Shown here piece by piece: positions 46,114 to 57,140 of a stretch of DNA of 64,000 bases; position 1 is the first letter of the stretch, and every line of letters begins with the position of its first letter. Below the pieces are notes generated by a model that searched no databases, was not told where the DNA came from, and saw only the letters and a list, made by a program, of their open reading frames with translations. Source of the DNA: Cyanobacteriota bacterium (GTDB lineage: Bacteria; Cyanobacteriota; Cyanobacteriia; Thermostichales; Thermostichaceae). A program made the translations under genes and the position numbers. The stretch covers positions 1-64,000 of the forward strand of contig JANRIL010000001.1 in assembly GCA_033764955.1 (NCBI GenBank), given 5' to 3'.

Positions 46114-47880
46114 TTAAGGCTTCGGGTGAGGGAGGGTGAGTGGCGGCGGCTGAGTGGTCTCTAGCGTTTCTGTCCAGATAACCTGGTTTTTTAGAAGTAC
46201 AACCCCCCCCCATTCCGCCTGCGAGGTTAGGGGTAGCCGTGCTTGCAGTTCGGCCACAAACGGTTGCCAGGTGACGACATGTTCTACCCAGCCATTCTCC
46301 ACCAAGGGAATCAATGACCACAATTGTTCGCTGTAGGGAACCTGATCTGGCCCATAAAAATAGGGAATAAAGGAGCGAAAGCCGTAGAGAGCCACCGGAT
46401 AGGGCGGCGAGGATCTAGAATCTACTGAGGCAAAGGACTGAAAGAAAGCCATAGATCCCCCTTGGGTGTGGAGGAGCACCCGTGAGATTAACGTGCCCCA
46501 GATCAGTTGACCGCTCAGCCACGTGGCTAACAGGAGTAGTAGCCAACGGCGGGATCGTCTAGCCCCATTACTGGTGTTCCAGCCCAACCCAGAAACCCCC
46601 AGACCTATCAAGAGGATGATTCCCGGCCAATAGACATACCCCGGCCAGCTCACGGGGGCACTCAGATAGGCTTGCGTCAAGGGATCCCCTATCCAGGTTT
46701 TGACCAGCTCTCGATGTTGCCCAACCCAGGCCAGAAGTAACAAGAGGCAGCCGATCAACCCGCCGCTCAGGAGCGTTCCCAGGGTTTCTAGCCTCGTCAA
46801 GCGGGATCCCTGCTCCAGGCAGCGCTGGCAACGGCGAGCCGCAAAATAGGATCCCAAAGGATAGAGAAGGGAGGTGTAGTGGATCAGCTTGGTTTGCACC
46901 ACCAGGGAAAACAACCCCAGCACCACTCCAAACGCTACCAAGAGCAGATGGCTGAAGCGACGGGCGGCCTGAGAATCTTGATTTTCCTGGGCTATCCAGG
47001 GATCTTGCATCCCCTGCCAAGTCAACCAGGCAAACGGGAAACACCCCAGACTGTAAGCCAGCAGATGAAAATAAATCGGCCCCCCATGACCGTCGGAGGT
47101 GGTCAAAATCCGCCACTGATAGCGGATAAATTGCCAGACAAAGGTGGGGCCAGCCAGCAGCCATTCCACTACAAACCAACTCAGCGCTACCCCACCCACC
47201 ACCAGACTAAATCGCAGCCCTTCTCCCCAAGTCATCCAGGGATCCCGATGCCAGATTTTGTAGAGACCCCAGATCACTAACGGCAGAAGGATGCCCAACG
47301 GTCCTTTGGTCAACATCGCCAGACCCAGCAGGATTGCTCCCAGATAGAGGTAGTGATCGGCCTTTTTCTGGTGTAAGCGCGCCTGTTCCCAGCCAAACAA
47401 GCCCAGCAATCCCCCCAGCATCAGGCTATTCAGGAGCGGATCGATCAAACCCGTTTTGCCAAACAGCATCGGCAGCAAGCTGCCACCCATCAGGATCCCC
47501 CAACACCAAGCCAGCCGTGTGGATCCCAGGTGAGCCGCCACCCCCACCAACAGCCCCACCAACAGCCCTCCCGCCAGGGCATTGGGTAAACGAGCCGCCG
47601 TCGGATTCACCCCTCCCACCCCCATGCTGAGTGCCTGAAGCCAAAAAAAGAGGGGGGGCTTTTCCCAAAAGGGCAGGTCGTTGATGTGCAGTTCCCACCA
47701 ATGCCCCGTCCGCAGCATGTGCCGAGCTAAGCTGCCATAGATCAACTCATCCCAGTCAAACAAAGCCGGGATCCCTTGCCCAATCAGCAGGCTAAGGGTG
47801 GCTAGCCCTCCCAACAGGATCCCAAGCCGCCACGGAACAGGTATTCTCGAAGAGAATCGTTGCCAGCCTAAATTGACCAT
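46114..47880 (-). CDS. ArnT/PMT-like membrane glycosyltransferase
   Basis: DWDE..Y, EKPPL.FWL, ARLP.A, LTKGP. Confidence 0.88.
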   Translation of the reverse strand: MVNLGWQRFSSRIPVPWRLGILLGGLATLSLLIGQGIPALFDWDELIYGSLARHMLRTGHWWELHINDLPFWEKPPLFFWLQALSMGVGGVNPTAARLPNALAGGLLVGLLVGVAAHLGSTRLAWCWGILMGGSLLPMLFGKTGLIDPLLNSLMLGGLLGLFGWEQARLHQKKADHYLYLGAILLGLAMLTKGPLGILLPLVIWGLYKIWHRDPWMTWGEGLRFSLVVGGVALSWFVVEWLLAGPTFVWQFIRYQWRILTTSDGHGGPIYFHLLAYSLGCFPFAWLTWQGMQDPWIAQENQDSQAARRFSHLLLVAFGVVLGLFSLVVQTKLIHYTSLLYPLGSYFAARRCQRCLEQGSRLTRLETLGTLLSGGLIGCLLLLLAWVGQHRELVKTWIGDPLTQAYLSAPVSWPGYVYWPGIILLIGLGVSGLGWNTSNGARRSRRWLLLLLATWLSGQLIWGTLISRVLLHTQGGSMAFFQSFASVDSRSSPPYPVALYGFRSFIPYFYGPDQVPYSEQLWSLIPLVENGWVEHVVTWQPFVAELQARLPLTSQAEWGGVVLLKNQVIWTETLETTQPPPLTLPHPKP

Positions 47881-49408
47881 GAGTTCTCAGCCAGTAAATC
47901 GAAAAAAACTATTGGATCAACGCAGTCGGTTGGTGCTGTTTTATGAACAGATCATGGCTCTAGTTGCCCTTGCCAATTTATGTCTAATTTTATTTGATAG
48001 CAGCTACATCGCTTGGCGAGATTTCTGGTTGCAGGGCAAAATTCAACTGTTTGGTGGATTCGGGGATCCGATTGCCCTACCCATTTTATCGGAGGAAACG
48101 CATACTTCTCCCATCACACAGCTTTATGATCCGGTCAAGGGAATTGAACCCAATCCAGACACTCAGCGCTACTTACAATTTGTCGATCAACTAGAGGCTG
48201 AAATTCTCAGATCGGGTATTACTTCAGAACTATCTCAAGAGCTGCTGGCCCAACTTCGCAACCTTAGCCAAGAAATGATTGATACGGATCCTTTTCAGTT
48301 GGCAGGGAAAAGTGGGGTTCTGGCAAAAATTCAAAATCGTATGCGGGATCATATTCCCAATCAAGCCACAGGCAAAGCCGCTTTTTCCACCTTCTGGACG
48401 GCTGACTATCTAAGCCGCGTTCCCGAACAAGAGGGTTTGTCTTTTTTTCAGGAAGAAATTCGCCCTCTGCTGGAACTCAATTACAATCGTCCCATCGGAG
48501 AAAGTGGCAGCTACATTGATTTTTTCCCTGCTCTTGATTTTCCCTTTGTTGCCCTGTTTGGCCTAGAGTTATTGCTGCGGACTCTCATGATTAGTCGGCG
48601 CTTTACGGGGGTAAGTTGGTTAGATGCCGTTTTGTGGCGCTGGTACGATCTTTTGTTTCTGCTGCCCTTCTGGCGCTGGTTACGCATCATTCCTGTCGTG
48701 ATTCGACTAGGGGATGCTCGACTGATCGATTTGGCACGGGTACGCAGTCAGATGAGCCAAGGATTTGTCACTAATTTTGCAGAAGATTTAACCGAAGTAG
48801 TGGTGATTCGGGTGATCAATCAAATTCAGGGATCCATTCAACGGGGCAACTTTGGTTTGCTCCCCTCCGGTAAAAAATCTGCAGATTCTCCCCAAAAGTC
48901 TACTCATAAAAACCAAAACTTTACCTATATTGATCTGAATAATATCAATGAAATCGAAGCCATTGCCACCATTTTTATCAAAATGATTTTGTATAAGGTT
49001 TTGCCCAAAGTGCAACCGGATGTAGAAGCGCTGCTTCGATACAATTTGGACACGATTTTCAAGCAACTTCCCGGCTATGAAGGGTTGACCGCTTTAGGGA
49101 TCCCGGAGCAGTTTGGACAACGCTTAGCCAGCGAAATTACTCAGTCTGTCTACCAGTCTTTAACAAAATCGTTTGAGGATCCCGTCGGCAACCAACTGAC
49201 TGCCCAACTCAGCCAGCATTTTATGACTGCCCTAATGAGCGAGCTAAAAGAACGGCGTTCTCTAGAAGAGATTCGTCAGCTACTCTATGTCTTTTTGGAA
49301 GAAATTAAGCTGAATTATGTGGAGCGGCTATCCCAAGAAGATCTTGAAGAAGTCATGGAACAAACCCGCCGGATTCGTCAACAAGCCCAGAGCATCGATC
49401 CATCCTAA
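47879..49408 (+). CDS. conserved cyanobacterial membrane protein
   Basis: Long ORF with YDPVKGIEP and DAVLWRWYD motifs; ATG at 47879. Confidence 0.75.
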   Translation: MSSQPVNRKKLLDQRSRLVLFYEQIMALVALANLCLILFDSSYIAWRDFWLQGKIQLFGGFGDPIALPILSEETHTSPITQLYDPVKGIEPNPDTQRYLQFVDQLEAEILRSGITSELSQELLAQLRNLSQEMIDTDPFQLAGKSGVLAKIQNRMRDHIPNQATGKAAFSTFWTADYLSRVPEQEGLSFFQEEIRPLLELNYNRPIGESGSYIDFFPALDFPFVALFGLELLLRTLMISRRFTGVSWLDAVLWRWYDLLFLLPFWRWLRIIPVVIRLGDARLIDLARVRSQMSQGFVTNFAEDLTEVVVIRVINQIQGSIQRGNFGLLPSGKKSADSPQKSTHKNQNFTYIDLNNINEIEAIATIFIKMILYKVLPKVQPDVEALLRYNLDTIFKQLPGYEGLTALGIPEQFGQRLASEITQSVYQSLTKSFEDPVGNQLTAQLSQHFMTALMSELKERRSLEEIRQLLYVFLEEIKLNYVERLSQEDLEEVMEQTRRIRQQAQSIDPS

Positions 49409-49445
49409 TTGGGCATCCCAGTCCCCCAGTTCGGACGTTAATCCC

Positions 49446-49634
49446 TTAGGACTTGCGCTTCTCTACCGAACGGGATCTGGAACCTTGTCGGGCACGGCGG
49501 CGTTTGTCCCGCCATTCCGCATAGGTGACATAACCAATCCCACCCGTTACCCCTACTAACAGAAGAAAGACGGTGGTATAGGCAATTTGTAAAACAACCG
49601 AGGGTAATTCAGGATTGGCGGGATCCACAACCAT
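49446..49634 (-). CDS. small single-TM protein downstream of petN
   Basis: LLVGVTGGIGYVTYAEWRDKRRR motif; start uncertain. Confidence 0.6.
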   Translation of the reverse strand: MVVDPANPELPSVVLQIAYTTVFLLLVGVTGGIGYVTYAEWRDKRRRARQGSRSRSVEKRKS

Positions 49635-49667
49635 CTCCTTGAGTCCAGCAAAACGGGTTAGCACTCA

Positions 49668-49757
49668 TCACATGCCGTTGCGGCCCCACACCACCAGAGA
49701 GATGGACAAGACAAATGAGACTAAAACCGCAACCCAGCCGAGAGTAACAATATCCAT
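49668..49757 (-). CDS. petN: cytochrome b6f subunit PetN
   Basis: [29 protein letters not shown] (29 aa; below ORF-track cutoff). Confidence 0.93.
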   Translation of the reverse strand: MDIVTLGWVAVLVSFVLSISLVVWGRNGM

Positions 49758-49909
49758 GCCAACGATCCTTCTGCTTTGCAACATTTCGGTCTTTTTTATC
49801 CTAAATCATCTTGGGGATCCCTACCCCCAAAAAAGACGGTGTCCACTGTGGCACACCGTCTTACTTTTTCAAGATCATTCTTGGAGGGGAGTCAGCCAAT
49901 CTCTCCTGT

Positions 49910-51826
49910 CTACACCCCCAAACTGACGGGAATTGGGGAAGGCAGGGTAGGATCGGGATCCACCTCCGGCAGTGGCATGACCAAGGGAGAGCCATCCAAA
50001 ATAGCTTGTAGCTCTTCTCCATCAATCGTTTCCACTTCCATCAACCGTTGGGTGATCCGATCCAAAATGGCACGGTTGTCGCTCAAGACTTGTTTCGCTT
50101 TGGCGTAGGCAGCCTCCACCAAACGATGCACCTCTTCATCAATGATTGCCGCCGTCTCTTCCGAAAAATCCCGCTCGGTAGCGATGTCACGCCCCAAGAA
50201 GATATTACCGGATTGGCGTCCCAACGAGACATGCCCCAACCGATCACTCATGCCAAAGCGGGTCACCATATTGCGGGCAATGCGAGCCACCTGCTGGAGG
50301 TCGCTGGAGGCACCCGTCGTGATCTCGGTTTCTCCATAAACCACTTCTTCGGCGACCCTTCCCCCTAAGGCAACAGCCATCATATTTTGCAGATGGGCAC
50401 GGGTGGTCAGCCCCATATCATCATCACTGGGCATAAACCAGGTCAATCCACCCGCCTGCCCACGGGGAATGATCGTGACCTTTTGAATGGGATCATAATT
50501 GGGCATCAAAGCCCCCACCAGGGCATGTCCGGCTTCGTGATAGGCCACCAGTTGCTTGCGCTTTTCGCTCATCAGGCGATCCTTCTTCTCTGGCCCGACC
50601 AAGACGCGATCGACAGCATCGTTGATCTCATCCATTGAGATTTCGGTTAAATTGCGGCGGGCTGCCAAAATGGCCGCTTCGTTGAGCAGGTTAGCCAAGT
50701 CCGCTCCCGTAAAACCAGGGGTGCGACGGGCGATTTTTTCCAGATCAACATCTTGGCTGAGGGTTTTGCCACGGGCATGAACCTTCAGAACATCGTAGCG
50801 ACCCGTAAAATCAGGCCGATCCACGGTGACTTGCCGATCAAATCGTCCGGGGCGCAGCAAGGCTGCATCCAAGACATCGGGACGGTTGGTGGCGGCAATC
50901 ACGATGATGCCAGAGTTGCCCTCAAAGCCATCCATCTCGGTGAGCAGTTGATTGAGGGTTTGTTCCCGCTCATCGTTGCCACCGCCTAAGCCAGCTCCTC
51001 GCTGCCGCCCTACGGCATCAATCTCATCGATGAAGACAATACAGGGGGCATTTTGCTTCGCCTGTTCAAAGAGATCGCGAACACGGGAAGCTCCTACGCC
51101 AACAAACATCTCGACAAATTCGGATCCCGAAATGGAGAAAAAGGGAACCCCAGCTTCTCCGGCCACCGCCCTCGCCAAGAGGGTTTTCCCCGTTCCGGGA
51201 GGCCCCACCAGCAGCACTCCTCTGGGAATGCGTGCCCCCAAAGCCGTAAAACGCTCAGAATTTTTTAGGAAATCTACCACCTCGGCCAGCTCTAACTTGG
51301 CTTGCTCAATCCCCGCTACATCGTTGAAGGTGATCTGAGTTTTGGGTTCCATCTGCACCCGCGCCTTGGATTTGCCAAAGTTGAGGGCTTGGTTGCCGGG
51401 GCCAGATTGGGCGCGTCGCAACAGCAAAAAGAGCCCCACTAAGATCAGAATCGGCAACAGCAAACTGCCCAAAAAGCGATTAAACAAGTTTTCCTCTTGA
51501 GCAGGTCTAACCACCAAATCTTCGACGCCATTGTCGCGAATGATGGTTTCAAACTCAGGGGTGAGGGGGGGAAGATTGACCTGAACGAGAGCCGGACGAC
51601 CATTTATAGAAGTATCGGCGATGGCAATCAATCGTCCATCTGCCATCGTCTCGATGGTGATCTTGTCAATTTGTTTGGCTTCGATGCGGCTGATCAGATC
51701 GGAGTAGGTGATTTCCATCCGATCGCTGGGTTTGCTCCCCAAAAAGGTGGTTGCCAACGAGATGACCACAATTGCCAGCAGAGCATATAAGCCTGCACTT
51801 CGCCATTTCTTATTTTTTTGCGCCAC
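49910..51826 (-). CDS. ftsH: ATP-dependent zinc metalloprotease FtsH
   Basis: [19 protein letters not shown]. Confidence 0.97.
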   Translation of the reverse strand: MAQKNKKWRSAGLYALLAIVVISLATTFLGSKPSDRMEITYSDLISRIEAKQIDKITIETMADGRLIAIADTSINGRPALVQVNLPPLTPEFETIIRDNGVEDLVVRPAQEENLFNRFLGSLLLPILILVGLFLLLRRAQSGPGNQALNFGKSKARVQMEPKTQITFNDVAGIEQAKLELAEVVDFLKNSERFTALGARIPRGVLLVGPPGTGKTLLARAVAGEAGVPFFSISGSEFVEMFVGVGASRVRDLFEQAKQNAPCIVFIDEIDAVGRQRGAGLGGGNDEREQTLNQLLTEMDGFEGNSGIIVIAATNRPDVLDAALLRPGRFDRQVTVDRPDFTGRYDVLKVHARGKTLSQDVDLEKIARRTPGFTGADLANLLNEAAILAARRNLTEISMDEINDAVDRVLVGPEKKDRLMSEKRKQLVAYHEAGHALVGALMPNYDPIQKVTIIPRGQAGGLTWFMPSDDDMGLTTRAHLQNMMAVALGGRVAEEVVYGETEITTGASSDLQQVARIARNMVTRFGMSDRLGHVSLGRQSGNIFLGRDIATERDFSEETAAIIDEEVHRLVEAAYAKAKQVLSDNRAILDRITQRLMEVETIDGEELQAILDGSPLVMPLPEVDPDPTLPSPIPVSLGV

Positions 51827-52076
51827 GTATAGTCGCCCTCCCAGACAGCAAGGAATGATTTCTTAACGGTAGACGATCCCGAAAGTGGGGTTTTCGATAA
51901 CTGTTAACTAATATTAACTTAGCTGAGGAGCATTTTGATAGGGTAGGCGGTTTCTGGCTCTATCTCCTCAGGATCACCCAACCGGAAGGGGTCGAAGATC
52001 GATAAAGTAGAGAGATGGGATCCCTTGGCTGAATGGGCTTAGGGGATGTCGGCTCTTTCCTCTCAGGCTCTCGCTT

Positions 52077-52547
52077 ATGTTGACCCAACTGCGCTCCCTC
52101 AGCTTTGCCGTAGACGGGCGGTATGCCTCAGATGGCGAGTTGGAGTTTATGAATCGTTACTTGCAAAGTTTTGACCTGCGGCTGAGCACCTACCAAAAAC
52201 TGCAAGCGGCGGAAGTGGAGATCATCAACGAAGTGGAAAGCACGCTGAAAAGTTTGGATCCCCATCTTTTGATGCGCGGTACGGAGGACTTTCAGACTAA
52301 GTGGAGATCCGATACCGTGCGCGTCTTTCGTCTATCTTTGTTAACGATGTTGCTCGATGATCCCGACCGTTATCAAGAACGCTTTTTGCTGTGGTTTCAA
52401 ACCCTGATGCGGGCGTTTAAGACCCAGCGCAGTTGTGAAGTCACCTACCGTGTTTTGTTGGAAACTGTGAAAAAGCACTTGACCGGAGAGGAAGCTAGCT
52501 TGATCTGCCCTATTTTGGAGCTGAATCGGACGATGCTGGGTACCTAG
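52077..52547 (+). CDS. phycobiliprotein-like globin-fold protein lacking chromophore Cys
   Basis: DGRYAS..EL, KWRSD in place of C.RD, LLWFQT.M.A. Confidence 0.7.
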   Translation: MLTQLRSLSFAVDGRYASDGELEFMNRYLQSFDLRLSTYQKLQAAEVEIINEVESTLKSLDPHLLMRGTEDFQTKWRSDTVRVFRLSLLTMLLDDPDRYQERFLLWFQTLMRAFKTQRSCEVTYRVLLETVKKHLTGEEASLICPILELNRTMLGT

Positions 52548-52570
52548 GGATCCGGTCAAAGCGGTCAGGG

Positions 52571-52813
52571 TCAGGCCACCTCTTCGCTAAAGGCCAATAC
52601 CTCCAGTTCACTGTCTTGCAGATGCGCCTTAAACTTACGTTCAAATTGCACTTGGTACGGATAGTTGGCACTGACCGGACGCCCGTTCCAGTCCAGCAAA
52701 ACAGCCGTCAAGACTCCTTCTAGCCCGTAGATATCAAAAGCTTCATTGCGGTGGTCAGGGTGATGGTAGACCAGCACATGAGACTTGACTCGAATGCGAT
52801 CTCCGATGTTCAT
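52571..52813 (-). CDS. ftrV: ferredoxin-thioredoxin reductase variable subunit
   Basis: MNIGDRIRV..VYHHP.HR...W.GRPVSANYP..V.F..KFKAHL. Confidence 0.92.
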   Translation of the reverse strand: MNIGDRIRVKSHVLVYHHPDHRNEAFDIYGLEGVLTAVLLDWNGRPVSANYPYQVQFERKFKAHLQDSELEVLAFSEEVA

Positions 52814-52894
52814 GGCAGGCGCTCCAGGAGGAAGAGTTTTGGTGATTCCCACTCTAACGTATTCCTAAGTTTGCCTTCTCAATATCCCAAATCA

Positions 52895-54214
52895 TCACGT
52901 TTTTTGGCGATTCTGTAACAGGGATCCCTGATTGGCTGGATTGGTTACCCAGGCTTGGGCGTAGCCGAGAGCCTCCTCTTGGGTTTGAATCTCTCCAGTG
53001 GCTTGTGCCAGGCGGATCGCGGTCAGTAGGGATCCCACCCAGCGCCCGGAGGGGAGCCCCAGAAACTCGATCAACTGATGTCCATCCAGGAGAGCCACAG
53101 GGTGAGCCAACCGATCGTGGGGATTGTGATAGCGCTCCAGCCAGGGAATGAGGTGGCAGGCAGAGAGTCCATAGGCATGAGCCAGCAGCGCGATAGCCGG
53201 GAAGAGGGATCCCGCCGCCTGAAAAAACAGGTAGATTTGACTAGCCGGCGGGGCAGCGATGGCAAGGGTTTGCAGTTGTGGGGTCAAGGTTTTCAGCTTC
53301 TGCATCCACTGCCGCTCGATGCGTGAATATTTGAGATGCAGCAACGCTGCGTCCATCTCAGCCAGGGAAATCCCTTCCGGTAGGCACAATGCCGCCAGCC
53401 AGAGGGTAATCAGCCCCGTGCGTTGGTCGGTCAGCGGGTGTTGCAGGGGCAAAAAGCTGCTGGCATAGTTAGCACTCAGTTCTGGTAAGCGAGACATCGC
53501 TTGCTCAGCCACCTGAAAGCTGGCGGCACTTAAAAACGGTAACCAGTCAGTGAGAATGCCATCTGACCAGGCTTGTCCTAGCCAATATAAACCCTGCTGT
53601 TGCTTGGCAAGCAAATAGCTGATCTCGGTGCGTACCCGCTCCCCCGCCACCTGTTGCAGCAGGGATCCCCGTTGGCGGATTGCCTCTTGGGTGGGGGGAT
53701 CGAGATCAAAGCGCAGTTGGGCGGCTTGTCGATAGGCGCGCAGCAGGCGCAGGGGATCCGCCGTTAAATTGTCCGGATGCACCATGCGGAGGCGGTGCTG
53801 GCAGAGATCGGCGTAGCCCTCCAAGGGATCCAATCGCTTCCCGCTGTGCAGTTCCAGAGCAATCGCATTGCAGGTAAAGTCGCGCTGATAAAGGTCAGCC
53901 TCTAGGCTGGATCCGGCCTGCTGAGCAATATCTAGGGTTAAATCCGGTAACACCACACGGGCAATATGCCGCTGTTCATCCAGCACCACATATCCCCCCT
54001 GCAAGTAACGGGCTAGATTGGCTGCCCATTGCAGGGCATCTCCCTCCACCACCAAGTCGAGATCCAGCTTACCCATCGATCCGTCGGGATCCCAGCCCAA
54101 ATGTTCCTTCAGCAGCCAATTGCGGACGGATCCCCCTACCAAATAAACAGGGTTAGGCAGGCGATCTAGCCAATCACTGGCAATCGGAAGGGACGACAAA
54201 ACGGAAGGTGCCAA
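52895..54214 (-). CDS. tRNA nucleotidyltransferase (CCA/CC-adding family)
   Basis: YLVGGSVR, DLDL, RDFT.NA, DPLRLLR.YR. Confidence 0.9.
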   Translation of the reverse strand: MAPSVLSSLPIASDWLDRLPNPVYLVGGSVRNWLLKEHLGWDPDGSMGKLDLDLVVEGDALQWAANLARYLQGGYVVLDEQRHIARVVLPDLTLDIAQQAGSSLEADLYQRDFTCNAIALELHSGKRLDPLEGYADLCQHRLRMVHPDNLTADPLRLLRAYRQAAQLRFDLDPPTQEAIRQRGSLLQQVAGERVRTEISYLLAKQQQGLYWLGQAWSDGILTDWLPFLSAASFQVAEQAMSRLPELSANYASSFLPLQHPLTDQRTGLITLWLAALCLPEGISLAEMDAALLHLKYSRIERQWMQKLKTLTPQLQTLAIAAPPASQIYLFFQAAGSLFPAIALLAHAYGLSACHLIPWLERYHNPHDRLAHPVALLDGHQLIEFLGLPSGRWVGSLLTAIRLAQATGEIQTQEEALGYAQAWVTNPANQGSLLQNRQKT

Positions 54215-54359
54215 CGAACGTCATATCCAAACCAAGCAACCCTAGCTTAAACGGTTCGGGCGCTCGGAGGGCAGGGATCCCTTAGCCATCCGGTGACGAA
54301 GAGAGGGATCGCTTAGGATGGGGGGTGAACTATTTGGTCAGCGTGGCTGAGCAATCCCC

Positions 54360-54836
54360 ATGAGTGAAAGCCTTTCCCCTTCCCCCAATAATGCTGATTT
54401 GCGGGACTTAATCCTGGCTCTCGACAAAAAAATGGATATGCAATTCAGTACGCTTGAAAGAAAGATGGACAATCAATTTGCTCAGTTGACTTTAGAAATT
54501 AAGCAGGTTGAACTGAAGCTAACTGGGGAAATTATTAGGGTTGAAGAAAAATTGGGTGGAGAGAGCAAGCGAGTCGAGGAAAGACTGGAGGGAGAGATCA
54601 AGCGAGTTGAAGAAAAATTAGGCGGAGAGATCAAGCGAGTCGAGGAAAGACTGGGGGGAGAAATCAAGCGGGTTGAGACCGAAGTCAAGGGAGTGGAAGA
54701 AAAGGTAGGGGCGAAACTGGACGGGATCACGACCCGCATTGATTATCAAGAATTTATCAGTCGAGGAGCCATTCTCATCCTAATTGGGGGCATTACCACA
54801 GGCATTGTTAAATATTTCTTCTTCCCTAATCCTTGA
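54360..54836 (+). CDS. coiled-coil repeat protein with C-terminal TM (DUF1640/Bdr-like)
   Basis: 11-aa GEIKRVEE(K/R)L(G/E) repeats and a terminal hydrophobic helix. Confidence 0.75.
   Translation: MSESLSPSPNNADLRDLILALDKKMDMQFSTLERKMDNQFAQLTLEIKQVELKLTGEIIRVEEKLGGESKRVEERLEGEIKRVEEKLGGEIKRVEERLGGEIKRVETEVKGVEEKVGAKLDGITTRIDYQEFISRGAILILIGGITTGIVKYFFFPNP
54525..54680 (+). repeat. 33-bp tandem repeat, ~4.7 copies
   Basis: GGAGAGATCAAGCGAGT(T/C)GA(A/G)GAAA(A/G)A-type units. Confidence 0.85.
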
Positions 54837-55008
54837 AACATAGTTGGGCTGACTGACGATTTCAAAAAGTCTGATTGGGGTAGGTGGGCAACCCTCATCT
54901 CTGGGCGGATAACCCAACCTCATCCCCAGAAGGCCGAGAGCCAAGAGTTATACTGGAGCTGGTCAAAAAAATTTATCTTGCCTCATGCATGTGATTGAGG
55001 ACTAGGTT

Positions 55009-55689
55009 ATGTATTTTCACCCCTCTTATTTGTTGTTGATCCCTGGCATGCTGCTAATGTTTTGGGCACAGGCTCAGGTGCAGGGAACCTATCGCCGCTA
55101 CGCTCAGATCGCCTCTAGCTTAGGTATGACGGGAGCTGATGTGGCTCGCACCATCCTCCACAAAATGGGCATCCACGATGTGAAGGTTGAGCCGGTGGCT
55201 GGAGAACTCACCGATCACTACGATCCGACGGCGAAGGCAGTTCGTCTCTCCCAGGGGGTTTATGGATCGGGATCCCTGGCGGCGGCGGCGATTGCGGCTC
55301 ACGAATGTGGGCATGTCTTGCAGGACTATCAGGGCTATGGGTTTATGAATCTGCGGGCATCTCTTGTGCCCGTTGCCAATTTGGGATCCCAGCTTGGGCC
55401 GATTTTGGTGATGGTGGGTTTGTTTACTGGGGCATTGGGGGGCATTTTCATCAACATTGGCATTGGCTTGTTTATCGCTGCGATTGCCTTTCATGTGGTG
55501 ACTCTGCCTGTGGAGTTTGATGCGTCAGGGCGTGCCCTCAAGCTGATTGACCAACTGGGAATTTTGCAGGGACAAGAGAATCAAGCGGCGCGGGCGGTGT
55601 TGCAAGCTGCTGCCTGGACGTATGTGGCTACCGCCCTCTATGCGGTGCTGCAACTGGTGCAACTGCTGATGATGTCGCGTGACGAATAA
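55009..55689 (+). CDS. YugP-type membrane zinc metallopeptidase
   Basis: LTDHYDP, AAHECGH, TLPVEFDAS.RA, AAAWTY. Confidence 0.92.
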   Translation: MYFHPSYLLLIPGMLLMFWAQAQVQGTYRRYAQIASSLGMTGADVARTILHKMGIHDVKVEPVAGELTDHYDPTAKAVRLSQGVYGSGSLAAAAIAAHECGHVLQDYQGYGFMNLRASLVPVANLGSQLGPILVMVGLFTGALGGIFINIGIGLFIAAIAFHVVTLPVEFDASGRALKLIDQLGILQGQENQAARAVLQAAAWTYVATALYAVLQLVQLLMMSRDE

Positions 55690-57106
55690 CCCAAGGGGGG
55701 ATACCCCAGTATTGGATCCCCAATCGGATCAAGGAGCAGGGGGTCAGGCATTTCTGGCAGGTCGTTCTCAGGCTCGTCAGTTGGCATTTCTAGCGCTTCG
55801 CCAGATGGATCGCCAGTCAACTTTTGCCAATATCGCCCTGGATCGGGTGTTGCGTTCTACGGATTTGCCTCAACCAGAGCGGGATTTGGTGACGGAGTTG
55901 GTGTATGGGATAACGCGCCGTTGTCGCACCCTCGATGCCCTGATCGATCGCTATAGCCGTAAACCTGCCCAGCAACAGCCCCCTGATCTGCGCCGAGTTT
56001 TGCACGTAGGGTTTTATCAGCTTGCCTTTTTGCCCCAGATTCCTCCAGCAATTGTCATTCACACCACCGTTGAACTGGCTCGCCAACAAAAACTGGAGCG
56101 ATTGACTCAGGTTGTGAACGGGATCCTGAGGGCGTTTTTGCGGGCAGCGGATCCCGTTGATCTGACTGCTCATCTGTTTCCTGAGCCATTCCATCGGGAT
56201 CCCGACGCGGCTCAATTGGCTCTTTTGGAAAGCTTTCCCGACTGGTTGGTGGAGTTGTGGCAGCAGCAACTTGGCGATTCGGCTACCCAAGCCCTCTGTC
56301 GCTGGTTCAATCAGCCCCCTACTATCGATCTGCGGGTTAATTGCTGCCGGACTGATCTAGTAGAAGTAGCCCAGGCTTTACAGGCTGTGGGGATCCCGAC
56401 GGATCCGATTACCCATACCAGAGGCGGGCTGAGATTGCGCCACCATGCTGGCGATATTACGCAACTGCCCGGATTTCGGGAGGGGTGGTGGACGGTGCAG
56501 GATGCCAGTGCTCAGCAGGTGGTGGAATGGTTGGATCCCCAGCCCCACGAACGGGTGATCGACTGTTGCGCAGCTCCCGGTGGCAAATCAACAGCCATTG
56601 CAGAACGGATGGGGAACGAAGGGGAAGTTTGGGCGTTGGATCGGCATCAGGGACGGCTGGCGCGGGTTGAGGACAATGCCCAGCGATTAGGGCTGACCTG
56701 CATTCGCACCCAAGCGATTGATCTGACGCAAGTCGAACCGCAACGGGATAGCTTACCCAGTTGGCGCTCGGCGGATCGGGTGTTGCTGGATGCCCCCTGC
56801 TCAGGATTGGGCACCTTGCATCGCCATGCTGATGCCCGTTGGCGACAGTCTCCGGCCATGATTGAGGATTTGGTTCGTCTCCAGGCGAGGCTGTTGCGGC
56901 AGGTGAGCCGCTGGGTCAAGCCGGGCGGAATACTGGTTTATGCCACCTGTACGCTGCATCCCGCCGAAAACCAGCAGCAGATCGAAGGCTTTTTGGTTGA
57001 ACAGACTGACTGGCATTTGGATCGGGATCCCTGGCAAATTTGGCCACACCGCGAACAGCGAGATGGCTTTTTTATGGCGAGGCTGACCTATCTGGGATCC
57101 GGCTAG
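55679..57106 (+). CDS. rsmB: 16S rRNA m5C967 methyltransferase
   Basis: NusB-like N-terminus, VQD.S, DCCAAPGGKS, DAPCSG.G, YATC. Confidence 0.93.
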   Translation: MTNNPRGDTPVLDPQSDQGAGGQAFLAGRSQARQLAFLALRQMDRQSTFANIALDRVLRSTDLPQPERDLVTELVYGITRRCRTLDALIDRYSRKPAQQQPPDLRRVLHVGFYQLAFLPQIPPAIVIHTTVELARQQKLERLTQVVNGILRAFLRAADPVDLTAHLFPEPFHRDPDAAQLALLESFPDWLVELWQQQLGDSATQALCRWFNQPPTIDLRVNCCRTDLVEVAQALQAVGIPTDPITHTRGGLRLRHHAGDITQLPGFREGWWTVQDASAQQVVEWLDPQPHERVIDCCAAPGGKSTAIAERMGNEGEVWALDRHQGRLARVEDNAQRLGLTCIRTQAIDLTQVEPQRDSLPSWRSADRVLLDAPCSGLGTLHRHADARWRQSPAMIEDLVRLQARLLRQVSRWVKPGGILVYATCTLHPAENQQQIEGFLVEQTDWHLDRDPWQIWPHREQRDGFFMARLTYLGSG

Positions 57107-57140
57107 ACTGGCAGGTGGCCGTAAGGAGAATTGGCTGATC

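Noticed and set aside
46073..46321. N-terminal extension of the protease ORF
   Set aside because: Overlaps the ArnT gene; the signal peptide starts at 46072/46066
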